Of a DNA stretch of 64,000 bases, positions 1 through 8,890 are shown piece after piece (positions within the stretch are counted from its first letter, which is position 1; every line of letters starts with the position of its first letter). The stretch is taken from the IMG/VR virus record IMGVR_UViG_2526164631_000023. One strand, written 5' to 3'. The translations under genes and the position numbers were made by a program. This DNA is from a virus (lineage: Duplodnaviria; Heunggongvirae; Uroviricota; Caudoviricetes). Under the pieces are notes generated by a model. The model was not told the DNA's origin and made no database searches. It saw nothing but the letters and a program-made list of their open reading frames with translations.

Positions 1-860
1 TCCCAGCCTTCAACGTGCTTGTCGGTCACCAGCAGGTTCAGCTTACGCTTGGACATCACAGTGTATTCCAGATTCAGGCGCGAAAATTCGTACTGGCGCG
101 GGTGAACAGGAATGGTGATGTTGTCCAGTACCCAGTCATACAGACGACGGTTGTCCTGGAACTCAAGCGTACACAGAGAGTGCGTAATACCTTCCAGCGC
201 ATCGCTGATGCAGTGGGTGAAGTCGTACATCGGGTAGATGCACCACTTGTTGCCAGTCTGGTGATGTTCAGCAAACTTAATGCGGTACAGCACCGGGTCG
301 CGCATCACGATAAACGGCGAAGCCATGTCGATTTTCGCACGCAGGCAGGCTTTACCTTCTTCAAAACCACCGGCACGCATTTTTTCGAACAGCGCCAGGT
401 TCTCTTCAACGCTGCGGTCGCGGTACGGGCTGTTTTTACCCGGCTGCGTCAGGGTGCCGCGGTATTCGCGGATCTGTTCCGGCGTCAGTTCGTCAACATA
501 CGCCAGGCCTTTGTTGATCAGTTCAACAGCATAGGCATGGAGTTTGTCAAAATAATCGGAGGAGTAACGGATGTTGCCAGACCAGTGAAAACCTAACCAT
601 TCAACGTCGTTTTTAATCGACTCGACGTACTCGATATCTTCTTTTACCGGGTTAGTGTCGTCGAAACGCAGGTTGCACTGGCCTTTATAGTCCTGGGCGA
701 TCCCGAAGTTCAGGCAGATAGATTTCGCATGACCAATATGCAGATAGCCATTCGGTTCCGGCGGGAAACGGGTATGTACTGTGGTGTGCTTACCACTGGC
801 CAGATCTTCATCGATGATCTGACGAATAAAGTTAGTCGGGCGGGCTTCTGCCTCACTCAT
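1..860 (-). CDS. glnS: Glutaminyl-tRNA synthetase, N-terminal ~286 codons; gene continues beyond window start
   Basis: Reverse-strand translation from ATG (complement of 858-860) reads [47 protein letters not shown]... with class I HIGH motif; recognised from memory as enterobacterial GlnS. Absent from ORF track because there is no stop inside the window. Confidence 0.85.
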   Translation of the reverse strand, partial: MSEAEARPTNFIRQIIDEDLASGKHTTVHTRFPPEPNGYLHIGHAKSICLNFGIAQDYKGQCNLRFDDTNPVKEDIEYVESIKNDVEWLGFHWSGNIRYSSDYFDKLHAYAVELINKGLAYVDELTPEQIREYRGTLTQPGKNSPYRDRSVEENLALFEKMRAGGFEEGKACLRAKIDMASPFIVMRDPVLYRIKFAEHHQTGNKWCIYPMYDFTHCISDALEGITHSLCTLEFQDNRRLYDWVLDNITIPVHPRQYEFSRLNLEYTVMSKRKLNLLVTDKHVEGW

Positions 861-1015
861 TGTGGATTCCTCAAAGCGTAAACAACGTATAACGGCGTAT
901 GATCTTATAAGCAGAATAGGCTGACAACCACTAGTTGGTTAGAAATTACTTTCTATAGTTGTTTCAATAATGAGCTTTTTCATCAAGCCCACTTCTGCTC
1001 ATAAGTAAACCAGTG

Positions 1016-1095
1016 CTAAATGGTACACAATTGGCACCAAAAAGGATGTAAAGGTGCACCAAATCGGTGCTACATTGGTACACCTTTGGTTCAAT
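1016..1095. repeat. Cluster of degenerate GGTRCA / GGYACC hexamer repeats between glnS start and the small partition gene
   Basis: tGGTACAcaattGGCACCaaaaaggatgtaaaGGTGCACCaaatcGGTGCtacattGGTACACCtttGGTTCa; related motifs recur upstream of parA (2086-2260) and at 5026-5046. Confidence 0.3.
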
Positions 1096-1128
1096 AATTT
1101 TTAAGTTCTAAAACCAACCTGAAAGACA

Positions 1129-1413
1129 TTATTTTGCTTCCTCAGACTCCGCTAACATGAGGATTGCATGCCGAATCAAGTTCAATTTGCTGCGGTTCAG
1201 TTTTTTGCTTAAATCATCGAGTACGCCGTACTCATATTCATTAAAGCTCACGCGTATGGATTTAAAGTCACGCGGCGCATCTTTATCTGGAGTTTGAGTT
1301 GCAGCCTCAACGCCCGGCACCAAATCGGCTTTAATGGCGAACTCTTCAATGCGGCGCTCTAGTTCAGGGTCTTTTACAGCTTGTGCATTCACTGGCTCAC
1401 GGCGCTTAATCAC
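1129..1413 (-). CDS. Small partition protein, ParG-like ribbon-helix-helix centromere-binding partner of ParA
   Basis: 94 aa, immediately downstream of and overlapping (4 bp) the ParA gene; C-terminal KSIRVSFNEYEYGVLDDLSKKLNRSKLNLIRHAILMLA resembles RHH fold. Confidence 0.55.
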   Translation of the reverse strand: MIKRREPVNAQAVKDPELERRIEEFAIKADLVPGVEAATQTPDKDAPRDFKSIRVSFNEYEYGVLDDLSKKLNRSKLNLIRHAILMLAESEEAK

Positions 1414-2042
1414 GATAACAACTCCTTAATCAACATCTGGATCTCGCCCTTTGCTTTCCCGTTGTCCATTTCAACAACCCCCTTCCCTTCTGCCATGCAG
1501 TCACGATAAATCTTACGGTCACGGACGACAGTTTTCAGGAGTTCAAGTTGCGGGTATTCAGCAAGATATTCCCTTGCCTCATTGGCTTCGTTAACGACCG
1601 GGTTGGATGGTGCCATAGTCAGCATGGCATACGCCTTAAGTTTAGGGTTGAAATCCATCGCCTCAGCTATAACCTCAACAAGGTGCGGTAGAGTATCCAG
1701 ATCCGGCTGGGAAGGACGGAACGGCACCAGAAGCACATCTGCCGCTGTCATGCCTGTACGCATCTCACGACTGTCGCGACCAGCAGTATCGACGACAACG
1801 TACTCGTAACGTTTATCCAGATCGAGCAGCGTCTCACGAATATTATCGAACTTCTGCACGCAGTGAATGACAGGGGCAACCTCACCTGCATTACGGTCTG
1901 ACGCCCATCGAGCTGCCGTTCCCTGCTTATCAGCATCAATCAAGACGACATCTTTGTTTTTTCGGGCCAGCTCGGCACAAATATTGACGCTGGTGGTTGA
2001 CTTGCCACAGCCTCCCTTTTGACTTGCTACCAGGATAATCAT
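1410..2042 (-). CDS. parA: ParA/ParF-family partition ATPase (small type Ib, 210 aa)
   Basis: N-terminal deviant Walker A MIILVASQKGGCGKSTT; size and operon arrangement typical of type Ib partition ATPases. Confidence 0.85.
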   Translation of the reverse strand: MIILVASQKGGCGKSTTSVNICAELARKNKDVVLIDADKQGTAARWASDRNAGEVAPVIHCVQKFDNIRETLLDLDKRYEYVVVDTAGRDSREMRTGMTAADVLLVPFRPSQPDLDTLPHLVEVIAEAMDFNPKLKAYAMLTMAPSNPVVNEANEAREYLAEYPQLELLKTVVRDRKIYRDCMAEGKGVVEMDNGKAKGEIQMLIKELLS

Positions 2043-2280
2043 GTCCGCACCTCGGCTTTATTACGGCTCTATTTTCACACTAAAACGGTACCGATTTAAC
2101 ACATCAACGGTACAGCAATAGCACCATTCTTAATGCCGGGAGTATAACATCAAATCAGATGGATGCTGGTACACGTTTTGCGCCTGAATAGCACTAAATT
2201 AGTACCAAATATATACCAGTACATTAACAACACCAATTCGGCGTTGTTTTGGTGCCACTTCAACACCATTTTGACACCAA
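2043..2280. promoter_or_regulatory. parA upstream region with repeated GGTAC / TGGTGCC motifs: probable promoter-operator and/or centromere
   Basis: ggtaccg, ggtacag, gctggtacacg, agtaccaaa, ccagtacatt, tggtgccac within 240 bp; type Ib centromeres usually lie upstream of the ATPase gene. Confidence 0.35.
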
Positions 2281-2288
2281 ATTTGAAC

Positions 2289-2313
2289 AAAAAAGGCTGC
2301 AATTTGCAGCCTT
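2289..2313 (-). terminator. Intrinsic terminator downstream of parR
   Basis: Perfect 9-bp stem aaggctgca/tgcagcctt with 3-nt loop; on the minus strand followed by TTTTGTT. Confidence 0.55.
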
Positions 2314-2331
2314 AAGATAGAGTATGAACCG

Positions 2332-2676
2332 TCAATCAGGTAGAGAGTCAGCCAGATTGCGCGCCGACGCGCTTTTGGCAACAACTTGCTCCTTCACTGG
2401 CTCAATGGAGGCAGGTCGCTCTTCAACCGCAGCAGGTAGTTCCAGGAAGGATGCCAGCATTTTTCGGATCAGCTCCGGGTTATTGTCTTCGGTCAGCAGG
2501 GAAGCCAGTAATCCTGGAAGCCTGCTATCGACTTCTCCCAGCGCAAGCCCTGCCAACAATGCAGTTCTTGCCATATCGCTATGTTTTTTTATCTTCTCGC
2601 TCGCCGCCTTTTCATTGGCATAAGCCTCTGGGCGAAGATAAATCATCACTTTCTTACGTTCCTGAGACATGGACAT
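2332..2676 (-). CDS. parR: ParR/StbB-like centromere-binding adaptor of the ParM system
   Basis: 114 aa directly downstream of parM; segment HSDMARTALLAGLALGEVDSRLPGLLASLLT resembles R1 ParR as remembered. Confidence 0.6.
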   Translation of the reverse strand: MSMSQERKKVMIYLRPEAYANEKAASEKIKKHSDMARTALLAGLALGEVDSRLPGLLASLLTEDNNPELIRKMLASFLELPAAVEERPASIEPVKEQVVAKSASARNLADSLPD

Positions 2677-2682
2677 ACCTCG

Positions 2683-3663
2683 TTAACCGATTGCTTTCAG
2701 GCCATGAACAAGAGCAAGTTGCGGGTCATCCGCCACGAAGAAACGGTCATCACGAATATTAACTTGCTCGCGAATTGCATCTGCCACCAGCGGTGCGCCA
2801 CCACCGATCACCATGACATGCGTATATCCTTTAAAGTCGCCAATCACATCAAGAACGCGGGTACGCAGACGGTCAATGCTTGCGGCAATGGCCTTTTTCA
2901 CATCACCAATCGCTGATGGGTCATTGATATTGTCGTTCAGATAATCTTCATCGTGGCGGTTAATAATGAGCTGATCAACATTGTAATTTGACGTTTCGGT
3001 ATTGGCTCTGGCAAGTGCTTGCCTTACTTCCCTGGTAACCAGAGAGACGCCAAGATTCGAATCGCCAAAAACACGGGAAACTGCCGTCATTTGCCCGGCG
3101 ACCATTGAAACATCAAGGGTAGTTCCACCCAAATCGACGATAAGAACAGAATGGGCAGGGTTCAGATTGTCGCACAGGCCAATTCCTGCCGGAATAGACT
3201 CCGGGCGTACCGTAACTTTCTTAATCGTGAACACATTGCCTTTATTCAGCGTGACGGGGCGCATAAGGCTGGCTTTCTTGCGCTCGATGTTATCGAGATT
3301 GTATTGCGCGTCGTCGTCGTAAAACTCCGCCAGAGGCAGCGTGACCACAATTTCTACTTCCTGCGGCTCAATGCCACTTGTCAGCAGGGCATGGTGAACA
3401 GCCAGGACGTTAAGCGGGCTGTATTGCCATTCCACGTTATTCGTCGGCAGAACATCTGGCGAGATCAAATCATACGAATACTTTTCGTCGTCAATGACAT
3501 AGTTAAACGGCTTGCCAGCACAAAATGTTGCTGACCATCCGCGCTTAAAGCTGTTAGGGCTGATGTGAGTGCGAGTTTCCCCGTCGTGCTCCCACAGCAT
3601 TTTGATATTGGTTGAACCATCATCGATAAAAATGCGCATCTTCTTGCTCCACTTCTGAGACAC
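2683..3663 (-). CDS. parM: ParM/StbA actin-like plasmid segregation ATPase (type II partition)
   Basis: MRIFIDDGSTNIK..HISPNSFKR..WQYS..NVLAVHHALLTSG..ESIPAG..DLGGTTLD..YGDSNLGVSLVT..THVMVIGGGA: actin-fold phosphate and adenosine motifs closely matching R1 ParM as remembered. Confidence 0.85.
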   Translation of the reverse strand: MSQKWSKKMRIFIDDGSTNIKMLWEHDGETRTHISPNSFKRGWSATFCAGKPFNYVIDDEKYSYDLISPDVLPTNNVEWQYSPLNVLAVHHALLTSGIEPQEVEIVVTLPLAEFYDDDAQYNLDNIERKKASLMRPVTLNKGNVFTIKKVTVRPESIPAGIGLCDNLNPAHSVLIVDLGGTTLDVSMVAGQMTAVSRVFGDSNLGVSLVTREVRQALARANTETSNYNVDQLIINRHDEDYLNDNINDPSAIGDVKKAIAASIDRLRTRVLDVIGDFKGYTHVMVIGGGAPLVADAIREQVNIRDDRFFVADDPQLALVHGLKAIG

Positions 3664-3825
3664 ATTTGAGAATCAAAATGCAATTTTAAAAGAGAAGCAC
3701 CCAAAAATCCACACCAAAAGAGATAAAAAAGAGTGATTATTGAGTTCATTTTGAGAATATCTTAATCACCCAATGAATGATGGTCTGACAGTGAGATTTA
3801 TTTGAGAATGAATTGAGAATACAAA
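3664..3825. repeat. parC-like centromere: iterated TTGAGAAT repeats upstream of parM
   Basis: TTGAGAAT at 3666, 3751, 3802 and 3813 plus a degenerate copy near 3740, in AT-rich DNA immediately upstream of parM. Confidence 0.45.
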
Positions 3826-3905
3826 AATATTCCGAAATTTAACTCTCAGTTTGAATGACGAAATAACAAAGTGATGACAATAGGAGGATAACCAGGAGGT
3901 GAAGA

Positions 3906-4190
3906 ATGAGCGCAATAGCCACCAGCGACACCCTTTGTTCTGGTCACGGAGGATTTCCGCCGCGACTGGTAGCTGAAACTGTTCCCTGGTTCACCGTTAA
4001 CGGTAAGCCAATTGTTGTAGATGGTGCCATGTTTCCCAGTCACACTGACGGTAACAGTGCACATCCAGGGGCAGCTGTATCGACGCGAGTATGGTTTTCG
4101 ATAGGTGGAAAGGGAGTTGTCTGTGTAGGCGATCCGCTTTCTTGTGGTTCTGTTATCGCCAACGGCGAGGATATTTTTCAGGTTGCATAA
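3906..4190 (+). CDS. PAAR-like domain protein (spike-tip type)
   Basis: 94 aa with CSGHGG, VNGKPIVVDG, IGGKGVVCVGDPLSCGS repeats typical of PAAR domains; good SD aggagg upstream. Confidence 0.5.
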   Translation: MSAIATSDTLCSGHGGFPPRLVAETVPWFTVNGKPIVVDGAMFPSHTDGNSAHPGAAVSTRVWFSIGGKGVVCVGDPLSCGSVIANGEDIFQVA

Positions 4191-4993
4191 TGCTTGATTC
4201 AATAGGTGAAGTTAAAGCCTTCAAAATTCTGTCAGATGCCGGTATCTCTACACCAGAATCTATAACCATAAGCCGGGCAGCGTCTGTAAAAGCCTCATCA
4301 CTCGCCAGCGCCATACAGGGAATAGTTCACGCCGATAAAACCTATCCTGATTCTGTTTCGGCCTGGACTACTCAATTGCTTGGCTTTTCTGAACAGCTAA
4401 ATGAGGCCAGCAAAGCGTCTTCATTACTGGCTGATTCTCTTTCCCCATACACCAAGCCATCAGAGCTGTTACAGATGAAGATTGGCTGGGAATGCTACGT
4501 AAAAGGTAACGAGCTGACCCCCATACCTGCTTTCGCCCTTGTTGAGGGGATGGGGAATGTTTCCATTCCGCAATCTCTAACGGACGCATTGACGGCGCTA
4601 AAACTTGATGCTCTGAAAACCGCCATGAACGCCATTAACGCAAAAATAGAAGCTGCTGGAAGTGCTGGTGGTGATAGCAATGGTGGACAGGGTGGTGCTG
4701 GGGGCGCTCAGGCTCCAGTCATTACTCAGGATGAAATTGAAGCTTTACGGGAAGCAGTGACAGCCGCCGAAGTTTTACTCTCCGAAATTAACTCAGCAAG
4801 TGAGAGTGTCGTAGCCCTTACAGGTCGCATTAAAACGTCAACCACTCAGGCAACCAAAGGTTTAGAGAACGCTGTCGCCATCACGTTAACTGGTTCTCTA
4901 CTGGATGATGCAGTAATGAGTCCGGCAATCAGTTTAATCATGCCACAAGGCGTTATCGATGCGCTCCAAAAGAACACCAAAAAGGAACCATAG
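4190..4993 (+). CDS. Hypothetical protein with Gly-rich linker, translationally coupled to the PAAR gene
   Basis: ATG overlaps the PAAR stop (TAATG at 4188-4192); 267 aa; GSAGGDSNGGQGGAGGAQAP linker; the track start at 4091 is an upstream alternative. Confidence 0.45.
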   Translation: MLDSIGEVKAFKILSDAGISTPESITISRAASVKASSLASAIQGIVHADKTYPDSVSAWTTQLLGFSEQLNEASKASSLLADSLSPYTKPSELLQMKIGWECYVKGNELTPIPAFALVEGMGNVSIPQSLTDALTALKLDALKTAMNAINAKIEAAGSAGGDSNGGQGGAGGAQAPVITQDEIEALREAVTAAEVLLSEINSASESVVALTGRIKTSTTQATKGLENAVAITLTGSLLDDAVMSPAISLIMPQGVIDALQKNTKKEP

Positions 4994-5018
4994 CAACACC
5001 ACTTAGGAACACAAAAGG

Positions 5019-5522
5019 ATGCGAATTGGTACATGTTTAACACCAAAAATGAACCTGGAGAGGATGGTTTTGAAAAAGATAATTTTGATTGTAATTGCGC
5101 TTTTAGCCATTTCTGGAATTTACCGAACAACGACGGCAGTTATCGAACACATCAGGTATGTCCGATCGCTTGAAGACTCAAAATCACAACTGGAAAGCAC
5201 GAACAACACGCTTTCTACCGCATTACAGTTAAGTGAGAACGCTCGCTCAGCCATGCTGACCGAAAACGAAAGAATTAAAGCACTGGAAAAGGAGTACCAG
5301 CGCAAAACAGCAGAACTGAATGCCAACCTAATCAAACAACGAGAGGAAAGCCAGAATGAAATCACTCGCCTTGAAAATGCGTTGCGCCGTGCTGGGATTA
5401 ACGATGTGCGTGTGCCTGATGACGTTATCAGGATGCAGCGGGAACGGGCAAAAGCCATCAACCAGCGTGCCAGTGAAAATTACCGTAGAAGCCACCAGCA
5501 AGCCGCAGGCAAATCTGATTGA
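5019..5522 (+). CDS. i-spanin (Rz-like): N-terminal membrane anchor plus periplasmic coiled coil
   Basis: Hydrophobic KKIILIVIALLAISGIY followed by charged heptad-rich region; true start may be an internal ATG (5049 or 5064). Confidence 0.5.
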   Translation: MRIGTCLTPKMNLERMVLKKIILIVIALLAISGIYRTTTAVIEHIRYVRSLEDSKSQLESTNNTLSTALQLSENARSAMLTENERIKALEKEYQRKTAELNANLIKQREESQNEITRLENALRRAGINDVRVPDDVIRMQRERAKAINQRASENYRRSHQQAAGKSD

Positions 5523-5688
5523 TTACTCCCCTTGTTTAGTGCCAGAAGACACGCCAGTGCTGTTAAACAAGTATCCGACATACGCTGAACAGTTATTCAG
5601 CACGATCGACGAATGCAACCAACGAAACGCACTGAATAACCAAAGAAACAGGGAGATTTGGGAAGGGAAGGGGGATCAAGGCTCCTGA
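5356..5688 (+). CDS. o-spanin (Rz1-like) outer-membrane lipoprotein, out of frame within and beyond the i-spanin 3' end
   Basis: Signal peptide with lipobox LMTLSGC; SD gaggaaag 8 nt upstream of ATG; overlaps 5356-5522 of the i-spanin gene in another frame. Confidence 0.5.
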   Translation: MKSLALKMRCAVLGLTMCVCLMTLSGCSGNGQKPSTSVPVKITVEATSKPQANLIDYSPCLVPEDTPVLLNKYPTYAEQLFSTIDECNQRNALNNQRNREIWEGKGDQGS

Positions 5689-6134
5689 AGCCAGATGTCC
5701 TGGCTGTCAGCTTCTTCGAAACCGTGACAGACGTTAAAGTCACTCAAACGATACTGACGCTGACGGCCCCTATTTCGCTCATGCCAATGCATATATCCAC
5801 CAGCAAATGCCAGCGGACAATCGCTATAGTCTATGTAACCAATACCATTCCCCAAACGTGCTTCGCGCGCACCAGCTTTCCAGGACAGTAGAAAAGAGTC
5901 ACGATCCGCCAGCATAACAACAAAATCGTCCGGATCTCCGATACAGTGAAGAATACCTGCCTTACATAACTGCTTGAGCGCTTTTGACTGGCTCAGGATG
6001 TCTTCTCCGTAATACTGAAAACAATCATCAACAACAGCGGGATAGCCTGTCGGGGGATTCAGGCTGGTTGGTATAGCTGACGCGATCGCCAGCATTAAGC
6101 GATATTGTGTTTTTGATGGGTTGACGTGACTCAT
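5676..6134 (-). CDS. Hypothetical protein (152 aa, Cys/His-rich)
   Basis: ORF only; second gene of a leftward two-gene unit downstream of operator-like site at 6557. Confidence 0.3.
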   Translation of the reverse strand: MSHVNPSKTQYRLMLAIASAIPTSLNPPTGYPAVVDDCFQYYGEDILSQSKALKQLCKAGILHCIGDPDDFVVMLADRDSFLLSWKAGAREARLGNGIGYIDYSDCPLAFAGGYMHWHERNRGRQRQYRLSDFNVCHGFEEADSQDIWLQEP

Positions 6135-6150
6135 TTTGTCCCTTGTTTAC

Positions 6151-6543
6151 TCATTGTCGCCATGCATTTTTTAACTCAGGAATATCTGCCATTTCAATTA
6201 ACTTGCGAAGTCCAGCACTGACTTTCCCATTGCCAACCATAGCAAGCCAATCTCTTACAGCTTTCGGCATGTAGAGCGTTGCAGTTACCGGCTCTTCAAC
6301 CCTGGCAGGACATCCGCATACAGGCCATTTAATTGATTCCATAACTTCGGATGCCGGGGTGAGGGCGGGGACATTGAGTATATCTCTACCAGAAAACTGG
6401 ATAACGATCCGTTCAGCGAGCGAGAGTATCTCACTTTCGGCAAGAATTGATGCCAACTGCGCCTCAACAAGAAAGCGACTTGTTGTGTTCAGAGAGTGGC
6501 TCTTAGCGCCATTTTTATACGAAACAAAGATTCGATACGCCAT
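6151..6543 (-). CDS. Hypothetical protein (130 aa)
   Basis: ORF only; first gene of the leftward unit; operator-like motif just upstream of its start. Confidence 0.3.
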   Translation of the reverse strand: MAYRIFVSYKNGAKSHSLNTTSRFLVEAQLASILAESEILSLAERIVIQFSGRDILNVPALTPASEVMESIKWPVCGCPARVEEPVTATLYMPKAVRDWLAMVGNGKVSAGLRKLIEMADIPELKNAWRQ

Positions 6544-6556
6544 AACTCTAATGATT

Positions 6557-6575
6557 TGTGTTAGAAAACTAAAAT
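6557..6575 (+). promoter_or_regulatory. Operator-like motif copy a (TGTGTTAGAAAACTAAAAT)
   Basis: Member of a dispersed family of asymmetric ~19-bp sites, consensus tGTGTTAGAAA(a/t)(c/t)TAA(a/t)T. Confidence 0.45.
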
Positions 6576-6701
6576 TAAATCACATAACAACATGAGTGTT
6601 AATATATTTTATTTTACTAAACCTATTGACTAAATCACAAAGTAGGTATTGTTAGCCCGTCAAAAGAACCTTCACGCCGCGCCCGAATTTAGGGCTTAAC
6701 C

Positions 6702-8399
6702 GTGAATAAAAACATTCAGCCAGCTCGTGATCGCGAGCGCGAGATTATGAATCGGGCGGCAAGCGTCATGGCTATGACCGTCGATCCGACCACCGATGCA
6801 GCAGGCAACATGATTGCTGACCAGGCAGTAATGATGGAAAACCTGGATAAAGCAATCCAGAAAGTGCCTATGTTTGAAGGCGTAAATCCAGAGGTCGCTC
6901 GTCAGATCACTGGTGGGTGGGCTATGTCTCTGCATGAGTATAAACGTCAACATGGTCATTACCCGGCAAGTGACATCCTGGCGAACGCACACATGGCTCT
7001 TGAGCGCCTGATGACTGAATGTGCCAGTGATACCCATGAAGGCACGGGTAAGGCAATGTTTGAGTCTGTCGCGCAATCAATGCGTAGCTCTGACGGCGTA
7101 ATGAAAGTTGCTCAATATGCTGCTCTAATTCTGCCTGCCTCTCTGGGCGCTGCTACCAGTGATGCCTGTACTTTTGTTCCTTGTGATCGTGACGAGTCAA
7201 ATATTTATGAACTGGTCAACGTAGCAGGCACAAAATTCGGCACCTTCAACCAAGGTGACGAACTGAATATGCAGTCAGCTGGTGTTTATTCTCAAATGAA
7301 GCGCCTGTATGCCCTTTCCACTAAAGGGGATGGCAGCACCAAAACCTTCCAGTTCAACATCCAAAATTTTGAGGGACAATCCTGCCCGCTTCGCGCTGGT
7401 TATAACAAACTGCTGATCAACCGCAAACCGTCCAAAGTTGACGACGGCGATGGCAACCTTTATTTCAATGCTAAAGACAGCAAAGGTAATGCTTTCTCAG
7501 CGACTGCCAAAGTTGCCTATGACACTGGTGTCATTGACATTACATTTACCCAGGCTCCGCCAGAAGGTACTGAAATTGCTGTTCAGGTCGAAATTAACAT
7601 CGAGCGCAATCCAAGCCTGATTCCGGTGATCAACCAGGCTATGCGTAAGTACGAAGTTCGTCCGTCCCAGTACGTACTTGCTTCCGAACACACGGTAATG
7701 TCCGCATCCGATTTAAGCCGTGAGCACGGCCTTGAATTAGCGGCACTTCAGTTCTCCGCGATGCGCAACTGGATCTCCCATGAAACCGACATCATGCGTC
7801 TGCGCACCCTGGTATTCCATACCGTTTATGGTCGTGAATTTGATGTGGCTCTGCCGGAAGCTCAAAACTATGAGTCCTGGGTCGGTCTCCTGCGTCACGT
7901 AGTAAACGCTCTGTCTCAAGAAATGGCAAATCGTACCCTGACAACGGGTATTCGTGGCGGCTTTGCTGGTAGTGACGCCGCGAACTTCCTGCGCTCTCTG
8001 CCTCCACAGCACTTCCAGATCGCACCAGGTTACGTTCAGTCGCCGTATGTACAGTACATCGGCACCCTGTTTGGCACGATTCGTATTTACGAAGTGCCGC
8101 AACCTGTCTGTGAGCAATTCCAGGCACAGGGATATGACTTCGGGCTGGATGACATCTTCTTCTATGGGCGTGGCGAAGGCATCGGTAAAGCCGGTCTGAT
8201 TGCTGGTGATGCAGTCCCAGCAATCCCTTACGTTCACGAAACCAATCCGTCTCTCGTTAACCGTACCACTCTCTGGGGCAGTGCCATCAACGAAGTACAT
8301 CCTCGCAACGGTGAAAACTACTTCACCCGCCTGCGTCTGACTCGTGCCAAAGAAGGTGCTATCGACATGCTGACAGGCAAGGTTAACGAAAAAAAGTGA
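6702..8399 (+). CDS. Virion structural protein, candidate major head protein (565 aa)
   Basis: Large ORF opening the structural block; size close to the P1 major head protein as remembered; assignment by size and context only. Confidence 0.35.
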   Translation: MNKNIQPARDREREIMNRAASVMAMTVDPTTDAAGNMIADQAVMMENLDKAIQKVPMFEGVNPEVARQITGGWAMSLHEYKRQHGHYPASDILANAHMALERLMTECASDTHEGTGKAMFESVAQSMRSSDGVMKVAQYAALILPASLGAATSDACTFVPCDRDESNIYELVNVAGTKFGTFNQGDELNMQSAGVYSQMKRLYALSTKGDGSTKTFQFNIQNFEGQSCPLRAGYNKLLINRKPSKVDDGDGNLYFNAKDSKGNAFSATAKVAYDTGVIDITFTQAPPEGTEIAVQVEINIERNPSLIPVINQAMRKYEVRPSQYVLASEHTVMSASDLSREHGLELAALQFSAMRNWISHETDIMRLRTLVFHTVYGREFDVALPEAQNYESWVGLLRHVVNALSQEMANRTLTTGIRGGFAGSDAANFLRSLPPQHFQIAPGYVQSPYVQYIGTLFGTIRIYEVPQPVCEQFQAQGYDFGLDDIFFYGRGEGIGKAGLIAGDAVPAIPYVHETNPSLVNRTTLWGSAINEVHPRNGENYFTRLRLTRAKEGAIDMLTGKVNEKK

Positions 8400-8544
8400 T
8401 GGTGGCGAACGTGTCGGTATCACCAACGTCACTTGACGTAGATGAAGGTGAAACTATCGCCGCGAACACTTCAAAGGCACAGAAAAAACAAAGCAGAAGT
8501 AAGGCAAAAACACGCCCCTGATTAAGGGGCGTTCAGGAGAAAAA

Positions 8545-8823
8545 ATGGCAAACATTCAAGTAACTATCACGCCATCTGACGCAACAGACAAATCTTTCAC
8601 TGTTGAGTCAGATCACCCTGATATTGTCCGGGTTGATGGCACTACATGTACCGCTCTTAAGGTCGGGCAGGCAGTGCTGACAATCAAAACAAATGACGGC
8701 AATAAAACCGCACAGTGCACAGTCACTGTTAGGGAGGCACATAAAAGCGTAAGCACCGTCAGTGTTGAACCAACTACGAAAGAAGTTACCGTAGGCGATA
8801 ACTTCACGGTAAGCCAATCCTGA
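8545..8823 (+). CDS. Bacterial Ig-like (Big_2-type) domain protein, probable virion decoration
   Basis: 92 aa with beta-rich ITPSDAT..FTV..DIVRVDGTT.TALKVGQAVLTIKT..GNKTAQCTVTV pattern typical of phage Ig-like domains. Confidence 0.5.
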   Translation: MANIQVTITPSDATDKSFTVESDHPDIVRVDGTTCTALKVGQAVLTIKTNDGNKTAQCTVTVREAHKSVSTVSVEPTTKEVTVGDNFTVSQS

Positions 8824-8890
8824 TCAGAGGCTGCCCATTAACCGTGGGTAGCCTTGCCTCGTTCTCTCGCTTTAGAGGATAAGAACCAGC

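Noticed and set aside
15-596. Track ORF (193 aa, + strand) at window start
   Set aside because: Antisense to the well-supported glnS reading frame; low-complexity translation, no SD.
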